A stretch of DNA of 64,000 bases from a virus (taxonomy: Duplodnaviria > Caudoviricetes), in IMG/VR virus record IMGVR_UViG_3300032237_000080, positions 305 through 64,304 of that record. One strand, 5' to 3'. Below, piece by piece: positions 1 through 9,094 of this stretch. Position numbers and translations under genes: made by a program. How positions within the stretch are numbered: position 1 is the stretch's first letter; each line of letters begins with the position of its first letter. The notes beneath the pieces were generated by a model. That model was not told the DNA's origin. It worked only from the letters and a program-made list of their open reading frames with translations, and made no database searches.

Positions 1-1
1 C

Positions 2-442
2 CAAGCCAAGGGCAAGGAGGTCGTTGAGAACACACTTGGCGTGAAGATTCCTGATAACCCCAGCGCAGAAGATGTTGCCAAGCTACGGGAGTTGCAGTTT
101 GCCCATGAGGAAAAGCTCCTAGAGTTGGGTATTGAAAAGGCCAAGATGGAATTGGCTGAAATGGAACTGTTTGCCAAAGCCGCCCAGAATGATGCCGACA
201 ACATCACGGATCGCTGGGAAGCTGATATGTCTTCAGATTCTTGGCTGTCTAAGAACATCAGACCCATGTCGTTGATTGCTATCTTCTGCGGGTATTTCCT
301 ATTTGCCATGATGTCTGCCTTTGGTTTAAACGCCAATGAGTCCTATGTTTCCTTGCTTGGACAGTGGGGAATGTTAATAATGGGTGCATATTTTGGAGGC
401 CGGACAATCGAGAAGCTGGCTGAACTGAAAGGCAAAAAATGA
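2..442 (+). CDS. Holin-like membrane protein (3TM holin type), 5' truncated by the window edge
   Basis: Frame open from base 2 (QAKGKEVVENTLGVKIPD...). SDSWLSKNIRP is followed by hydrophobic segments and a YFGGR..EK C-terminus. Overlaps the endolysin start. Confidence 0.7.
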   Translation, partial: QAKGKEVVENTLGVKIPDNPSAEDVAKLRELQFAHEEKLLELGIEKAKMELAEMELFAKAAQNDADNITDRWEADMSSDSWLSKNIRPMSLIAIFCGYFLFAMMSAFGLNANESYVSLLGQWGMLIMGAYFGGRTIEKLAELKGKK

Positions 443-780
443 GTTTAAACACAGAACAAGCTGCATTTCTGCTGGATATGTGTAAACTGATTCAGTACGC
501 CACAGAACAGGGTTTCGTTGTTACCGGTGGAGAGCTTGCCCGTACACCTGAACAGCAAGCCATTTACTTCAAGACAGGTCGCTCCAAGACCATGAACTCT
601 ATCCACCTCAAGCGTTGCGCCATAGACTTGAACTTCTTCAAGGATGGGAAGATAATCTGGGACAAGGCAACCATTGCTCCTTTGGGTGCATTTTGGGAGT
701 CACTGCACACCAAGAACCGCTGGGGTGGAAATTTCTCCAATCTTGTGGATTGCCCTCATTTTGAACGCAACGTGGGTTAA
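439..780 (+). CDS. Endolysin, peptidase M15 (L-Ala-D-Glu peptidase-like)
   Basis: Zn-binding motifs SIHLKRCAID (SxHxxxxAxD) and WGGNF...DCPHFE; adjacent to the holin. Confidence 0.85.
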   Translation: MSLNTEQAAFLLDMCKLIQYATEQGFVVTGGELARTPEQQAIYFKTGRSKTMNSIHLKRCAIDLNFFKDGKIIWDKATIAPLGAFWESLHTKNRWGGNFSNLVDCPHFERNVG

Positions 781-782
781 AA

Positions 783-2894
783 ATGCCTTTACAGAAACTG
801 CAACTTAAAGCTGGTGTTAATCGTGAGAATACGAGGTATACCAATGAGGGCGGTTGGTATGAATCTGACAAAGTGCGATTTCGTCAAGGTACACCAGAAA
901 AAATTGGTGGTTGGGCAAGAATTTCGTCAAGTTCATTTTTGGGTATTTGCAGATCTTTATGGAACTGGGTAACTCTTACATCAGCAAATCTACTGGGAAT
1001 TGGCACAAATTTAAAGTTCTATATTGAAAGTGGGGGCGCATACAACGATGTAACGCCTATCCGTACCACAACAACACTTGTCAACAAGTTTACAACCAAT
1101 ACAGCAACTAATACAGGTACAGCAACCACTGTTACTATCCAAGATACAAATGGTGGATTTGTCAACAATGATTATGTAACTTACTTTATACCCGGCGCAA
1201 CTTCAGTTACGTTTAATGGCATCACAATCACTGGTGGTACGCAATACCAAATTACGTTTGTAACCGCAACCACCTACACAATTTCAGTCGCAGGCACAGC
1301 AACTTCAAGTTCTGCTGGTGGGGGAACTATTTATGCTGTATATCAAGTTAACACAGGCCCATCCTACGGCGTACCTTTAACAGGCTGGGGCGCAAGTACA
1401 TGGGGTTCTGGTGCATGGGGTATTGGCACAGCGCAAACAGATGCTTTACGTATTTGGAACCAAGTAAATTGGGGTCAAAACTTGTTGTACGGCCCCCGTG
1501 GTGCGCCGCTGTATTACTGGGACGCAGTTATTGGTGTTGCAGGTCAGCCAATTACAATGACAATTGCCGCGCCTTGTGTTGTAACTTCAACTACCGTCAT
1601 CCCTGACGGTACACCTATTACTTTAACTACCACTGGGTGGTTGCCTACAGGTTTGGTGCCCGGCACAACCTACTACACTAAATACGTTTCAGCCTACACA
1701 TTTAACTTAGCGGCTACCTCGGGGGGTACTGCCATTACCACTACCGGCACTCAAAGTGGATCACAGAAAATTTCACAGCGGGGTGTATTGTTGTCTTCCC
1801 TGACTGGCTCTGATGGTTATGCCCCATTGTTCCAGAATACTTTTACTGTGTCGGATGCCAGTAGATTTTGTATTGTGTTTGGCACAAACGACTACGGCAG
1901 TACAACACTTGATCCCATGTTGATTCGCTGGTCTGACCAAGAATCATTGATCGTATGGTATCCTGCGGCTACCAATCAAGCGGGCAGTGTGCGCCTGTCT
2001 CACGGCTCCAAGATTGTCACAACCTTACAAAGCCGCCAAGAGATTGTGATATGGACAGATCAGGCACTTTATTCATTCCAATACCTTGGCCCGCCATATG
2101 TGTGGGGCACTCAATTATTGGCTGACAATATATCCATAGCTGGGCCAAATGCGGCTGCGATGGCTTCTGGTATTACTTACTGGATGGGTGTGGACAAGTT
2201 CTACAAATACGATGGTCGGGTGCAGACCTTGCGTTGTGACTTACGTCAATTCATTTACAGCGATATTAACCAGTCGCAGTTTGACCAAGTATTTGCCAGT
2301 ACTAACGAAGGCTTTAATGAAGTTTGGTTCTTTTACTGTTCATCTGGTTCAAATACGGTTGACCAATATGTTATTTACAATTATTCAGAAGATTTGTGGA
2401 CATATGGCACGATGGCACGCACTGCTTGGTTGGATACAGGGCTAAGAAACTACCCTATTGCCGCAACATACAGTTACAACATCGTTAATCAAGAGTATGG
2501 TGTTGACGACAATGAAACTGGCACTGTTTTGCCAATTGAAGCCACCATCACTTCAGCGCAGTTTGATATTGGAGATGGGCACAACTTTGCTTTTATCTAC
2601 CGTTTAATTCCTGATTTAACTTTCCGAGGGTCTACAAGCGGCACTACGCCAAGCGTGACCATGTACCTGCAAGGTTTAAACAATTCTGGTTCTGGGGTTA
2701 CTCAGACAGGTAATTCAGATGTTACCTATAACGGTTCAGCACCAACAGTTATTAATGTAGATGAGTTCACAGGCCAAATATATATCCGTGTACGTGGTCG
2801 CCAGATGCAAATGAAAATTACTTCTTCCGCTCTTGGTGTGCAGTGGCAACTGGGTGCGCCTCGGATTGACGTTAGACCGGATGGCAGACGATGA
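783..2894 (+). CDS. Virion structural protein, tail/DNA-stabilisation (P22 gp10 / tail tubular B-like, inferred)
   Basis: 703 aa, beta-rich (RWSDQE, GTMARTAWLD). Located just before the ejection-type genes. Confidence 0.55.
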   Translation: MPLQKLQLKAGVNRENTRYTNEGGWYESDKVRFRQGTPEKIGGWARISSSSFLGICRSLWNWVTLTSANLLGIGTNLKFYIESGGAYNDVTPIRTTTTLVNKFTTNTATNTGTATTVTIQDTNGGFVNNDYVTYFIPGATSVTFNGITITGGTQYQITFVTATTYTISVAGTATSSSAGGGTIYAVYQVNTGPSYGVPLTGWGASTWGSGAWGIGTAQTDALRIWNQVNWGQNLLYGPRGAPLYYWDAVIGVAGQPITMTIAAPCVVTSTTVIPDGTPITLTTTGWLPTGLVPGTTYYTKYVSAYTFNLAATSGGTAITTTGTQSGSQKISQRGVLLSSLTGSDGYAPLFQNTFTVSDASRFCIVFGTNDYGSTTLDPMLIRWSDQESLIVWYPAATNQAGSVRLSHGSKIVTTLQSRQEIVIWTDQALYSFQYLGPPYVWGTQLLADNISIAGPNAAAMASGITYWMGVDKFYKYDGRVQTLRCDLRQFIYSDINQSQFDQVFASTNEGFNEVWFFYCSSGSNTVDQYVIYNYSEDLWTYGTMARTAWLDTGLRNYPIAATYSYNIVNQEYGVDDNETGTVLPIEATITSAQFDIGDGHNFAFIYRLIPDLTFRGSTSGTTPSVTMYLQGLNNSGSGVTQTGNSDVTYNGSAPTVINVDEFTGQIYIRVRGRQMQMKITSSALGVQWQLGAPRIDVRPDGRR

Positions 2895-3769
2895 CCTATG
2901 TTGTAACTTCTACGTTTGAACTTAACCGAGCCGTTGCGCCTCGGCTTCCTGCGGCTACGCCTGAGTATGATCTTAACTATATCAACCAGCTCAATAACAT
3001 TCTACGGCTGTATTTTAACCAGCTTGACAACATTCTTGGACAACTATCGACTTCGGGTGGTATCACGGGTGTACGGTTCCCTTATGGGGCGTTTCATCAA
3101 GATGGGTATACAACTTTAACTAACGCTATACCAACTTCAGGATCAACTGCGACTATTGTTGTTGGTTCAACTGCTGGGTTTGAATCCGCCGGAACTATAA
3201 TTATTCAAAAAGAATTAATTAGTTATACAGGTAAAACTGCCACCACATTTACGGGTATTACTAGATCGCAATATGGCTCATCAGGTGCTTCGCACGCCGC
3301 AGGTCTTTATGTAACAGAAGCTCAGGCAGTGCCTTCCGCAACTACGGCTTTAGCTATTCCATACGATACAACCGACTATAATAATCAAATATCTTTAGAT
3401 GCCACAGATAGTAGTAAAGTTGTTTTTGCTGTTTCTGGGTTTTACAACATCCAGTTTAGCATTCAACTTTTAAACGGTAAGAGTTCAATAGATAACGTAA
3501 CTCTTTGGTTTAGACAAAATGGTGTTGACATTCCAAATACGGCTGGAATTGCAACTGTTCCTCTTGGCCCCGGCACTACTCTAGGCGCTACTATCGTAGC
3601 TTGGAATTTAGTTATACCTATAACCGCTGGTGATTATATTCAGTTAATGATGGCTTCAGATTCTGGAGACACAGTAGCTGGTACTTACCCGCCCGGAACA
3701 GCGCCTGTACACCCAGTATCACCCTCTGTTATTTTCACCGCAACATTTGTGTCTGCGCTTCCAACATGA
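2891..3769 (+). CDS. Putative virion structural protein
   Basis: 292 aa; ATGA overlap with upstream gene. N-terminal PRLP-A..EY...Y.NQL..ILRLYFNQLD helix, then beta-rich domains. Confidence 0.6.
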   Translation: MTYVVTSTFELNRAVAPRLPAATPEYDLNYINQLNNILRLYFNQLDNILGQLSTSGGITGVRFPYGAFHQDGYTTLTNAIPTSGSTATIVVGSTAGFESAGTIIIQKELISYTGKTATTFTGITRSQYGSSGASHAAGLYVTEAQAVPSATTALAIPYDTTDYNNQISLDATDSSKVVFAVSGFYNIQFSIQLLNGKSSIDNVTLWFRQNGVDIPNTAGIATVPLGPGTTLGATIVAWNLVIPITAGDYIQLMMASDSGDTVAGTYPPGTAPVHPVSPSVIFTATFVSALPT

Positions 3770-3803
3770 TACTATCAACAAACCCCCCATTTACGAGGCA
3801 AAT

Positions 3804-6053
3804 ATGAGCCTAAAACTTGCCGCTCAACATCTTTCCAATCAAGGCCGTGGGCCTGATGATACGCTTGTTCATATGTCGGCACGTGAGGTTAAAAGCCTCA
3901 ACGACTTAGCGCAAGCACATGGTGGTCAATTAACCATTAATCCGCACACGGGTTTACCCGAAGCTGGCTTTCTTGACAACTTATTACCGGGCATTATTGG
4001 TGCTGGTGTTTCATATTTTTCAGGTGGCGCAATTTCTCCCGCCATGATTGGTCTGGGTGTTGGTGGGTTTCAAGCTTTAAAAACCGGTAGCCTTGAAAAA
4101 GGTTTGATGGCTGGTTTGGGTGCCTATGGTGGTGCTGGTTTGGCAAGTGGTTTGACAGGAGCTGGTGAAGCTGCAATTGGCATGAATGCAAGAGATGCCG
4201 CTGTACAAAGTGCTACACAACAAGGTTTAACAGGTGAAGCTTATAACCAAGCAATTCAAAATCAAGTTACACAACAAATGGCTGAAAAAGCTACCCCATT
4301 TGGTGCTATTTCCGAAGGTGCTTCTCAAGTATTTAAAGATCCCGGCAAAGTAATGGACGCTATGGGTGGTGGTTGGCAAACTGCTAAATATGCCGCAGGT
4401 GCTGCCGCACCATACTTGGCAGAATCATTAAAGCCAAATACTGATATGCCTAACCCAACACCTAAGCCTGTTGAGTATCGCCAATACAAGGTCAAACGTA
4501 GACCTGATATGAGCTACGAATATCAAGCTTTGCCTGTGAGCAATACATTCACCCCTAATTTTGCCGAGGGTGGTGGTATCAGTGATGCTTTGACACCATA
4601 TATTGATCCAAGTTTTAAATTTAAAAATGTTGGTGGCCCACCTAAAATTTCTACTACTACTGAAATGCCGCAATTAAAGTTGGCGGAAGGTGGACGCATT
4701 ACGCCTGAAGAGTTCTATCAGATGTATATGCAACAGCCACAAACAAACACACGAGTGCAAGATATGAAATACGGGGTGCGAGGTTACCCCGGTAATTCCC
4801 CAACGCCTACGGAAAACCCATATACCCGCCCAGAAGCCACACCCGCTGATATTGTTGGTGTTGATGGTATTACATATACATGGGATGTGGCTTCTGGAAA
4901 ATACGTGGAAAAACCCGGTATGGTAACCCCTACTAAACCCGCTGTTACACCTACAAACACAATAGGTGGACAGACAAGCGGAAGTGCTCAAAATCCCGCA
5001 GAACAAGCACGCATCAATGCTTATTTTGACAATATGACCCCAGCAGAATTGGCGGAGCACCAACAAAATATAGCGAATGTTCTAGATATGGTAATGCCGC
5101 TTACGTTCCTTAGAAAAATGCTGCAAAAAGATAAAACCGAAGCGCCCGCCGAAGTAGTGGACATGAGCACAATGTCCCCCGATGCTGTTAACGAATCATT
5201 GGGCATTACTCAAGCTGATCCATCACTTTTCTCCCCAGATAACCCCATGCAACAACAAGTGATGGATGCGTTTCAACAATCGGAGCAGAACCAACAAAAT
5301 AACCCATTTAGTAGAGAGGCATTAAGTAATTCTCTTGCGGATGCAAGTGGAAATACTAACCCGGGGGAAACAAATGTCACTCCAACAGTAACTGTTGGCC
5401 CAATGACTGAAGCTCCCGGTGGTGAAGCTCCCGGTGGTGAAGCTCCCGGTGGTTTCAGCGGTATTGGTATTGGTGGCTCTGGTTTTGGTGTTGGTGGTAA
5501 CGGTATTGCGGGGGGGACAACTTCTTCTCCCGGCGCACCGGCAGGTGTAACTGCCGCCAATTCTGGTTCTGGTGAAGGTGGTATGAACGCTGGTGGCGGT
5601 GGTCGGGGTGGTGATGGTGGCGGCGGTGATGGTGGAGGCGGCAGTGCATCTGCTGGCGGCGGTGACGGCGGCGGTGGTGGTGGCGGTGGAGGCGGTGGTG
5701 GAGGCGGCGGAGGCGGCGGCGGTTGCTGTTTCATCATGCTTGAGGCCAGATACGGTGATGGCACTATGGACAGGGTTGTGCGCCGTTATCGTGATGAAAA
5801 AGTCACGGAAAGAAACAAACGTGGATACTATAAGTTGGCTGAAGTTTTTATTCCACTGATGCGTAAATCCAAGTTGTTCAGTTTCTTTGTGGTTAAAACA
5901 TTTGCCGATCCTGCTGTGTGCTACGCCAAGTGGTACTACGGAGAAAACAAATGGGGTTGGATATTCAAACCACTTGAAAAATTTTGGATGGGTCTGTTCG
6001 ATACATTGGGGACAGATACTAAATTCATTCGTGAAAACGGGGAGGTTGTGTAA
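3804..6053 (+). CDS. Putative internal virion/ejection protein with poly-Gly linker and C-terminal CFI-box-like domain
   Basis: Start moved to ATG 3804 (GAGG at 3795-3798). N-terminal GRGPDDTLVH...TINPHTGLPE, glycine-zipper region, Gly tract, then GGGCCFIMLEA. Confidence 0.6.
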   Translation: MSLKLAAQHLSNQGRGPDDTLVHMSAREVKSLNDLAQAHGGQLTINPHTGLPEAGFLDNLLPGIIGAGVSYFSGGAISPAMIGLGVGGFQALKTGSLEKGLMAGLGAYGGAGLASGLTGAGEAAIGMNARDAAVQSATQQGLTGEAYNQAIQNQVTQQMAEKATPFGAISEGASQVFKDPGKVMDAMGGGWQTAKYAAGAAAPYLAESLKPNTDMPNPTPKPVEYRQYKVKRRPDMSYEYQALPVSNTFTPNFAEGGGISDALTPYIDPSFKFKNVGGPPKISTTTEMPQLKLAEGGRITPEEFYQMYMQQPQTNTRVQDMKYGVRGYPGNSPTPTENPYTRPEATPADIVGVDGITYTWDVASGKYVEKPGMVTPTKPAVTPTNTIGGQTSGSAQNPAEQARINAYFDNMTPAELAEHQQNIANVLDMVMPLTFLRKMLQKDKTEAPAEVVDMSTMSPDAVNESLGITQADPSLFSPDNPMQQQVMDAFQQSEQNQQNNPFSREALSNSLADASGNTNPGETNVTPTVTVGPMTEAPGGEAPGGEAPGGFSGIGIGGSGFGVGGNGIAGGTTSSPGAPAGVTAANSGSGEGGMNAGGGGRGGDGGGGDGGGGSASAGGGDGGGGGGGGGGGGGGGGGGGCCFIMLEARYGDGTMDRVVRRYRDEKVTERNKRGYYKLAEVFIPLMRKSKLFSFFVVKTFADPAVCYAKWYYGENKWGWIFKPLEKFWMGLFDTLGTDTKFIRENGEVV
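5409..5453 (+). repeat. Three exact tandem copies of the 15-mer GAAGCTCCCGGTGGT (EAPGG x3)
   Basis: Read directly at 5409-5423, 5424-5438 and 5439-5453. Confidence 0.95.
5580..5724 (+). repeat. GGY-codon low-complexity tract encoding poly-glycine
   Basis: Runs of GGT/GGC/GGA codons; explains the antisense poly-Pro shadow ORF. Confidence 0.9.
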
Positions 6054-6730
6054 TGGCAACTACAAGAAGCGTTCGTGAAGATGGTGGGTTCATTGGAGCT
6101 GCCGCAGTTGACCATTCTGGGCACAAGTATGACGATGACTTAATGAACACGCTTGCCCAATTCCGTGATGCGTATATGGCAAAACACCCAGAAGGGTCAA
6201 AAGAAATTGAATGGTATTACCAACATTCGCCCCAGATCATGCATGAGTTGGCTACCAACCCCAATGGTAAACAGATAGCCAACACAATGTATGTAAGCTA
6301 TATTAAACCAGCATATGCCGCTATCAAAAGGGGGCAAATTGAACAAGCCCATAAGTATTTAAAAGCATTGGTTGCTTTTATTAGAAAAACTACCAATTTG
6401 GCTGAAGGTGGCATGGCAAATGCCTATGCTTCCGGTGGTTTGTCTGATCTGGGTGGTTACTCAGATGGTGGTCGTCTTTTACGTGGCCCCGGAGATGGCG
6501 TGTCTGACTCTATCCCTGCAACAATTGGTCACAAACAACCGGCACGCTTGGCTGATGGTGAGTTTGTAGTTCCTGCCCGTATTGTTTCTGAAATTGGCAA
6601 TGGCTCAACTGAAGCTGGCGCACGTAAACTGTACGCCATGATGGACAGAGTTCAGAAAGCACGTTCTCAAACTGTGGGCAAAGGCAAGGTTGCCAAAAAC
6701 ACTCGCTCCGAAAAATACCTTCCCGTTTAA
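6053..6730 (+). CDS. Putative internal virion protein (CFI-box-like N-terminal domain, GPGDGVSDSIPA C-terminal domain)
   Basis: 225 aa; TAATG coupling with the upstream gene; motifs read from the translation. Confidence 0.6.
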   Translation: MATTRSVREDGGFIGAAAVDHSGHKYDDDLMNTLAQFRDAYMAKHPEGSKEIEWYYQHSPQIMHELATNPNGKQIANTMYVSYIKPAYAAIKRGQIEQAHKYLKALVAFIRKTTNLAEGGMANAYASGGLSDLGGYSDGGRLLRGPGDGVSDSIPATIGHKQPARLADGEFVVPARIVSEIGNGSTEAGARKLYAMMDRVQKARSQTVGKGKVAKNTRSEKYLPV

Positions 6731-6739
6731 GGAAAAGAA

Positions 6740-9094
6740 ATGGCTGATGTACAAAGTATAAATTACCGCACGACGGCGTTACCAGAATACCTTGATAAGC
6801 CATATCAAGAGTACATGGGCCTATACGGTGGGCAAGTTTCGGCTGATTTAAAAGCTGGTATGCCTCAGTATGGGCAAGAGCGTATTGCAGGGTTAAGTGA
6901 AGTACAAACCAACGCAATGAATCAAGCGTTGAATATGCAACCTGCCCAACAACTTAATGCCGCTACTGGTTTGATGGGGGCGGCAACTGCTAATGCACTG
7001 AATACTAACTACCAACCGGGGCAGTACAACGCCCAAAATTTTGGTAATCAAGTGGGTGGCTATATGTCGCCCTATATGCAAAACGTAGTTGATATTCAAC
7101 AGCGTGAAGCGCAACGTCAGGCAGATATTGCTGGTACACAACGTGGTGCACGTGCCGCTCAAGCTGGTGCGTTTGGTGGTTCACGTCAAGGAATTGAGAA
7201 TGCGGAAGCCGCACGTAACTTGGCAATACAAAAAGGTGATATTCAAGCCAAGGGATTGCAAGATGCATTCTCTCAAGCTTCTAATCAATACAACATTGGT
7301 AACCAATTAAGTGAGCAGTCACGCCAGTATGGTGCTGGTCTTGGGCTTCAAGGACAACAAGCCGCTATGCAGGGTGCAGGTGCGTTAGGCACACTGGGTA
7401 ACTTGCAGTACAACCAAGCAATGGGTATTAACCAGTTGCAAGAAGGTTACGGCGGTATGCAACAGAACCTTGAACAACAACGCATGAATACTCAGTATCA
7501 GGACTTCCTGAACAAGCAACAGTATCCATACCAGTTGTTGAACCAGTACGGCAACGTGTTGAACAAACAACCCGCCAATATGAATTTGCAACAAACTACC
7601 TACGGGCAGTCTCCAAGTCTTGGTGGTCAAATTATTGGTACGGCTGGTGCATTAGCTACTTCTCCTGCTGGCAAAAACATTTTTGGATTTGCTGAAGGCG
7701 GCATGGTGCAGAACTATGGCAGTGGTGGTGTTACTGACAGTCGTGACGTTACTGACGAAAGTTATATTTCCAAGCTAATTAGCAAAATGTCGCCCCAGCA
7801 ATTACAAGCAATGTTGGGTAATCCTTCTGTGCCTAGAGCGCAGAAACAAATGGCTTCCGACCGTTTAGAAACTTTGATGCATATGCAAGCATCTGCCCAA
7901 CGTGGTCTATTTGGTGCGGCTGAAAATACACCAAGCATTCAAGATATGTATCCTGCCCAAGAAGCCAGAGGTGCCAATGGCGGTATTGTGGCGTTTGCTG
8001 GTGGAGATGATGACGGTAGTTTTGTAGTTGACCCTATGATGGGTACAACCCAAAGCACTACTGCATCTGATGATGACCGTACTTTTTTAGAAAGAATTGG
8101 TCTTGGTAATCGTGAAAACCGTCGGGTGTTAGAAAATCTTGAGTTGCAACAGCGTAAAAAAGAACAAAATACAAAGTCACCACCTCCTCCACCCACCGCC
8201 AAGCAAACAGAAACACCTTACGACGCACGTACGGCTACTCGCAAGTCAGACTACCAAAAGGGTCTTCCTGATCTAAGTGCGTCTGATTTGAAAGGTTTTA
8301 CTTCCGCACTCAAGGGCTTGCCAAGTTCATACAAGGACGAAGTGCTTGCCGCCGCCAAAGAGTTTAGCAAGGGTGATGAAGAAGTTAATGCTAAGTTGGA
8401 ATCATTGCTGGGCAAAGATAAAAAGCGTTCGGAGGATTTTAAAAATGAATCCAGCCGTATGTATTGGAATCAGTTCTTCAGCGGCATTGCAAAAGCTGGC
8501 GCAGAACCCGGTCAGTCTGGTGGTCGTGGAATCATGACTGCCATATCTAAATCCGCTGGCAATATGCCTGAGTACGAAGCCACGTTGCGTAAACAGCAAG
8601 ATCAATATGATTTGTTGGCTGAGAAAAATGAAGTGGACAACCTCAAGTACAAAGTTGCGCTTAAAGACCGTAACTTTGATAAAGCCTTGGGCTTGGAAAA
8701 AGCTATCAAAGAAAACCAGTACCAGATGGCGCACTTGCAACAACAAGCCGCCGCTACTTCTGCTCATACTAAACTTGGTTTAGCGCAATTGGATGAACAA
8801 AAAGACTATCACAAAATGCTGGGCGATGTGTACGGTAAACGTGCGGAAGCAATGCAAGGTGCAAACAAAGCTCGTATGGCACAAGCTGAAGCCAAAGTTA
8901 TGCCCTTGTTCCAATCTGACCCCAACACTCGCAAGCTGGCAAAACAGTTGGAAGATTTGCATGGTAAAAATTGGCAATCACAACCGGGGCCTCAACAAAC
9001 GTATTGGAATGCTTATCAAACTTTCAAAGCCAGAACAATGCCTTCGTTGGTAGACCCAAGTGCGGGTAGCATTCCTTACAGCGATGACCTATGA
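6740..9094 (+). CDS. Putative DNA ejection/pilot protein (Gln/Ala/Gly-rich, helical)
   Basis: 784 aa; AAGGA RBS; GAFGGSRQGI motif and Q-rich composition; lies between the structural genes and the giant gene. Confidence 0.6.
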   Translation: MADVQSINYRTTALPEYLDKPYQEYMGLYGGQVSADLKAGMPQYGQERIAGLSEVQTNAMNQALNMQPAQQLNAATGLMGAATANALNTNYQPGQYNAQNFGNQVGGYMSPYMQNVVDIQQREAQRQADIAGTQRGARAAQAGAFGGSRQGIENAEAARNLAIQKGDIQAKGLQDAFSQASNQYNIGNQLSEQSRQYGAGLGLQGQQAAMQGAGALGTLGNLQYNQAMGINQLQEGYGGMQQNLEQQRMNTQYQDFLNKQQYPYQLLNQYGNVLNKQPANMNLQQTTYGQSPSLGGQIIGTAGALATSPAGKNIFGFAEGGMVQNYGSGGVTDSRDVTDESYISKLISKMSPQQLQAMLGNPSVPRAQKQMASDRLETLMHMQASAQRGLFGAAENTPSIQDMYPAQEARGANGGIVAFAGGDDDGSFVVDPMMGTTQSTTASDDDRTFLERIGLGNRENRRVLENLELQQRKKEQNTKSPPPPPTAKQTETPYDARTATRKSDYQKGLPDLSASDLKGFTSALKGLPSSYKDEVLAAAKEFSKGDEEVNAKLESLLGKDKKRSEDFKNESSRMYWNQFFSGIAKAGAEPGQSGGRGIMTAISKSAGNMPEYEATLRKQQDQYDLLAEKNEVDNLKYKVALKDRNFDKALGLEKAIKENQYQMAHLQQQAAATSAHTKLGLAQLDEQKDYHKMLGDVYGKRAEAMQGANKARMAQAEAKVMPLFQSDPNTRKLAKQLEDLHGKNWQSQPGPQQTYWNAYQTFKARTMPSLVDPSAGSIPYSDDL

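Noticed and set aside
5273-5764. Antisense poly-proline ORF
   Set aside because: Mirror of the GGY poly-Gly tract of the plus-strand gene; no independent RBS or context.
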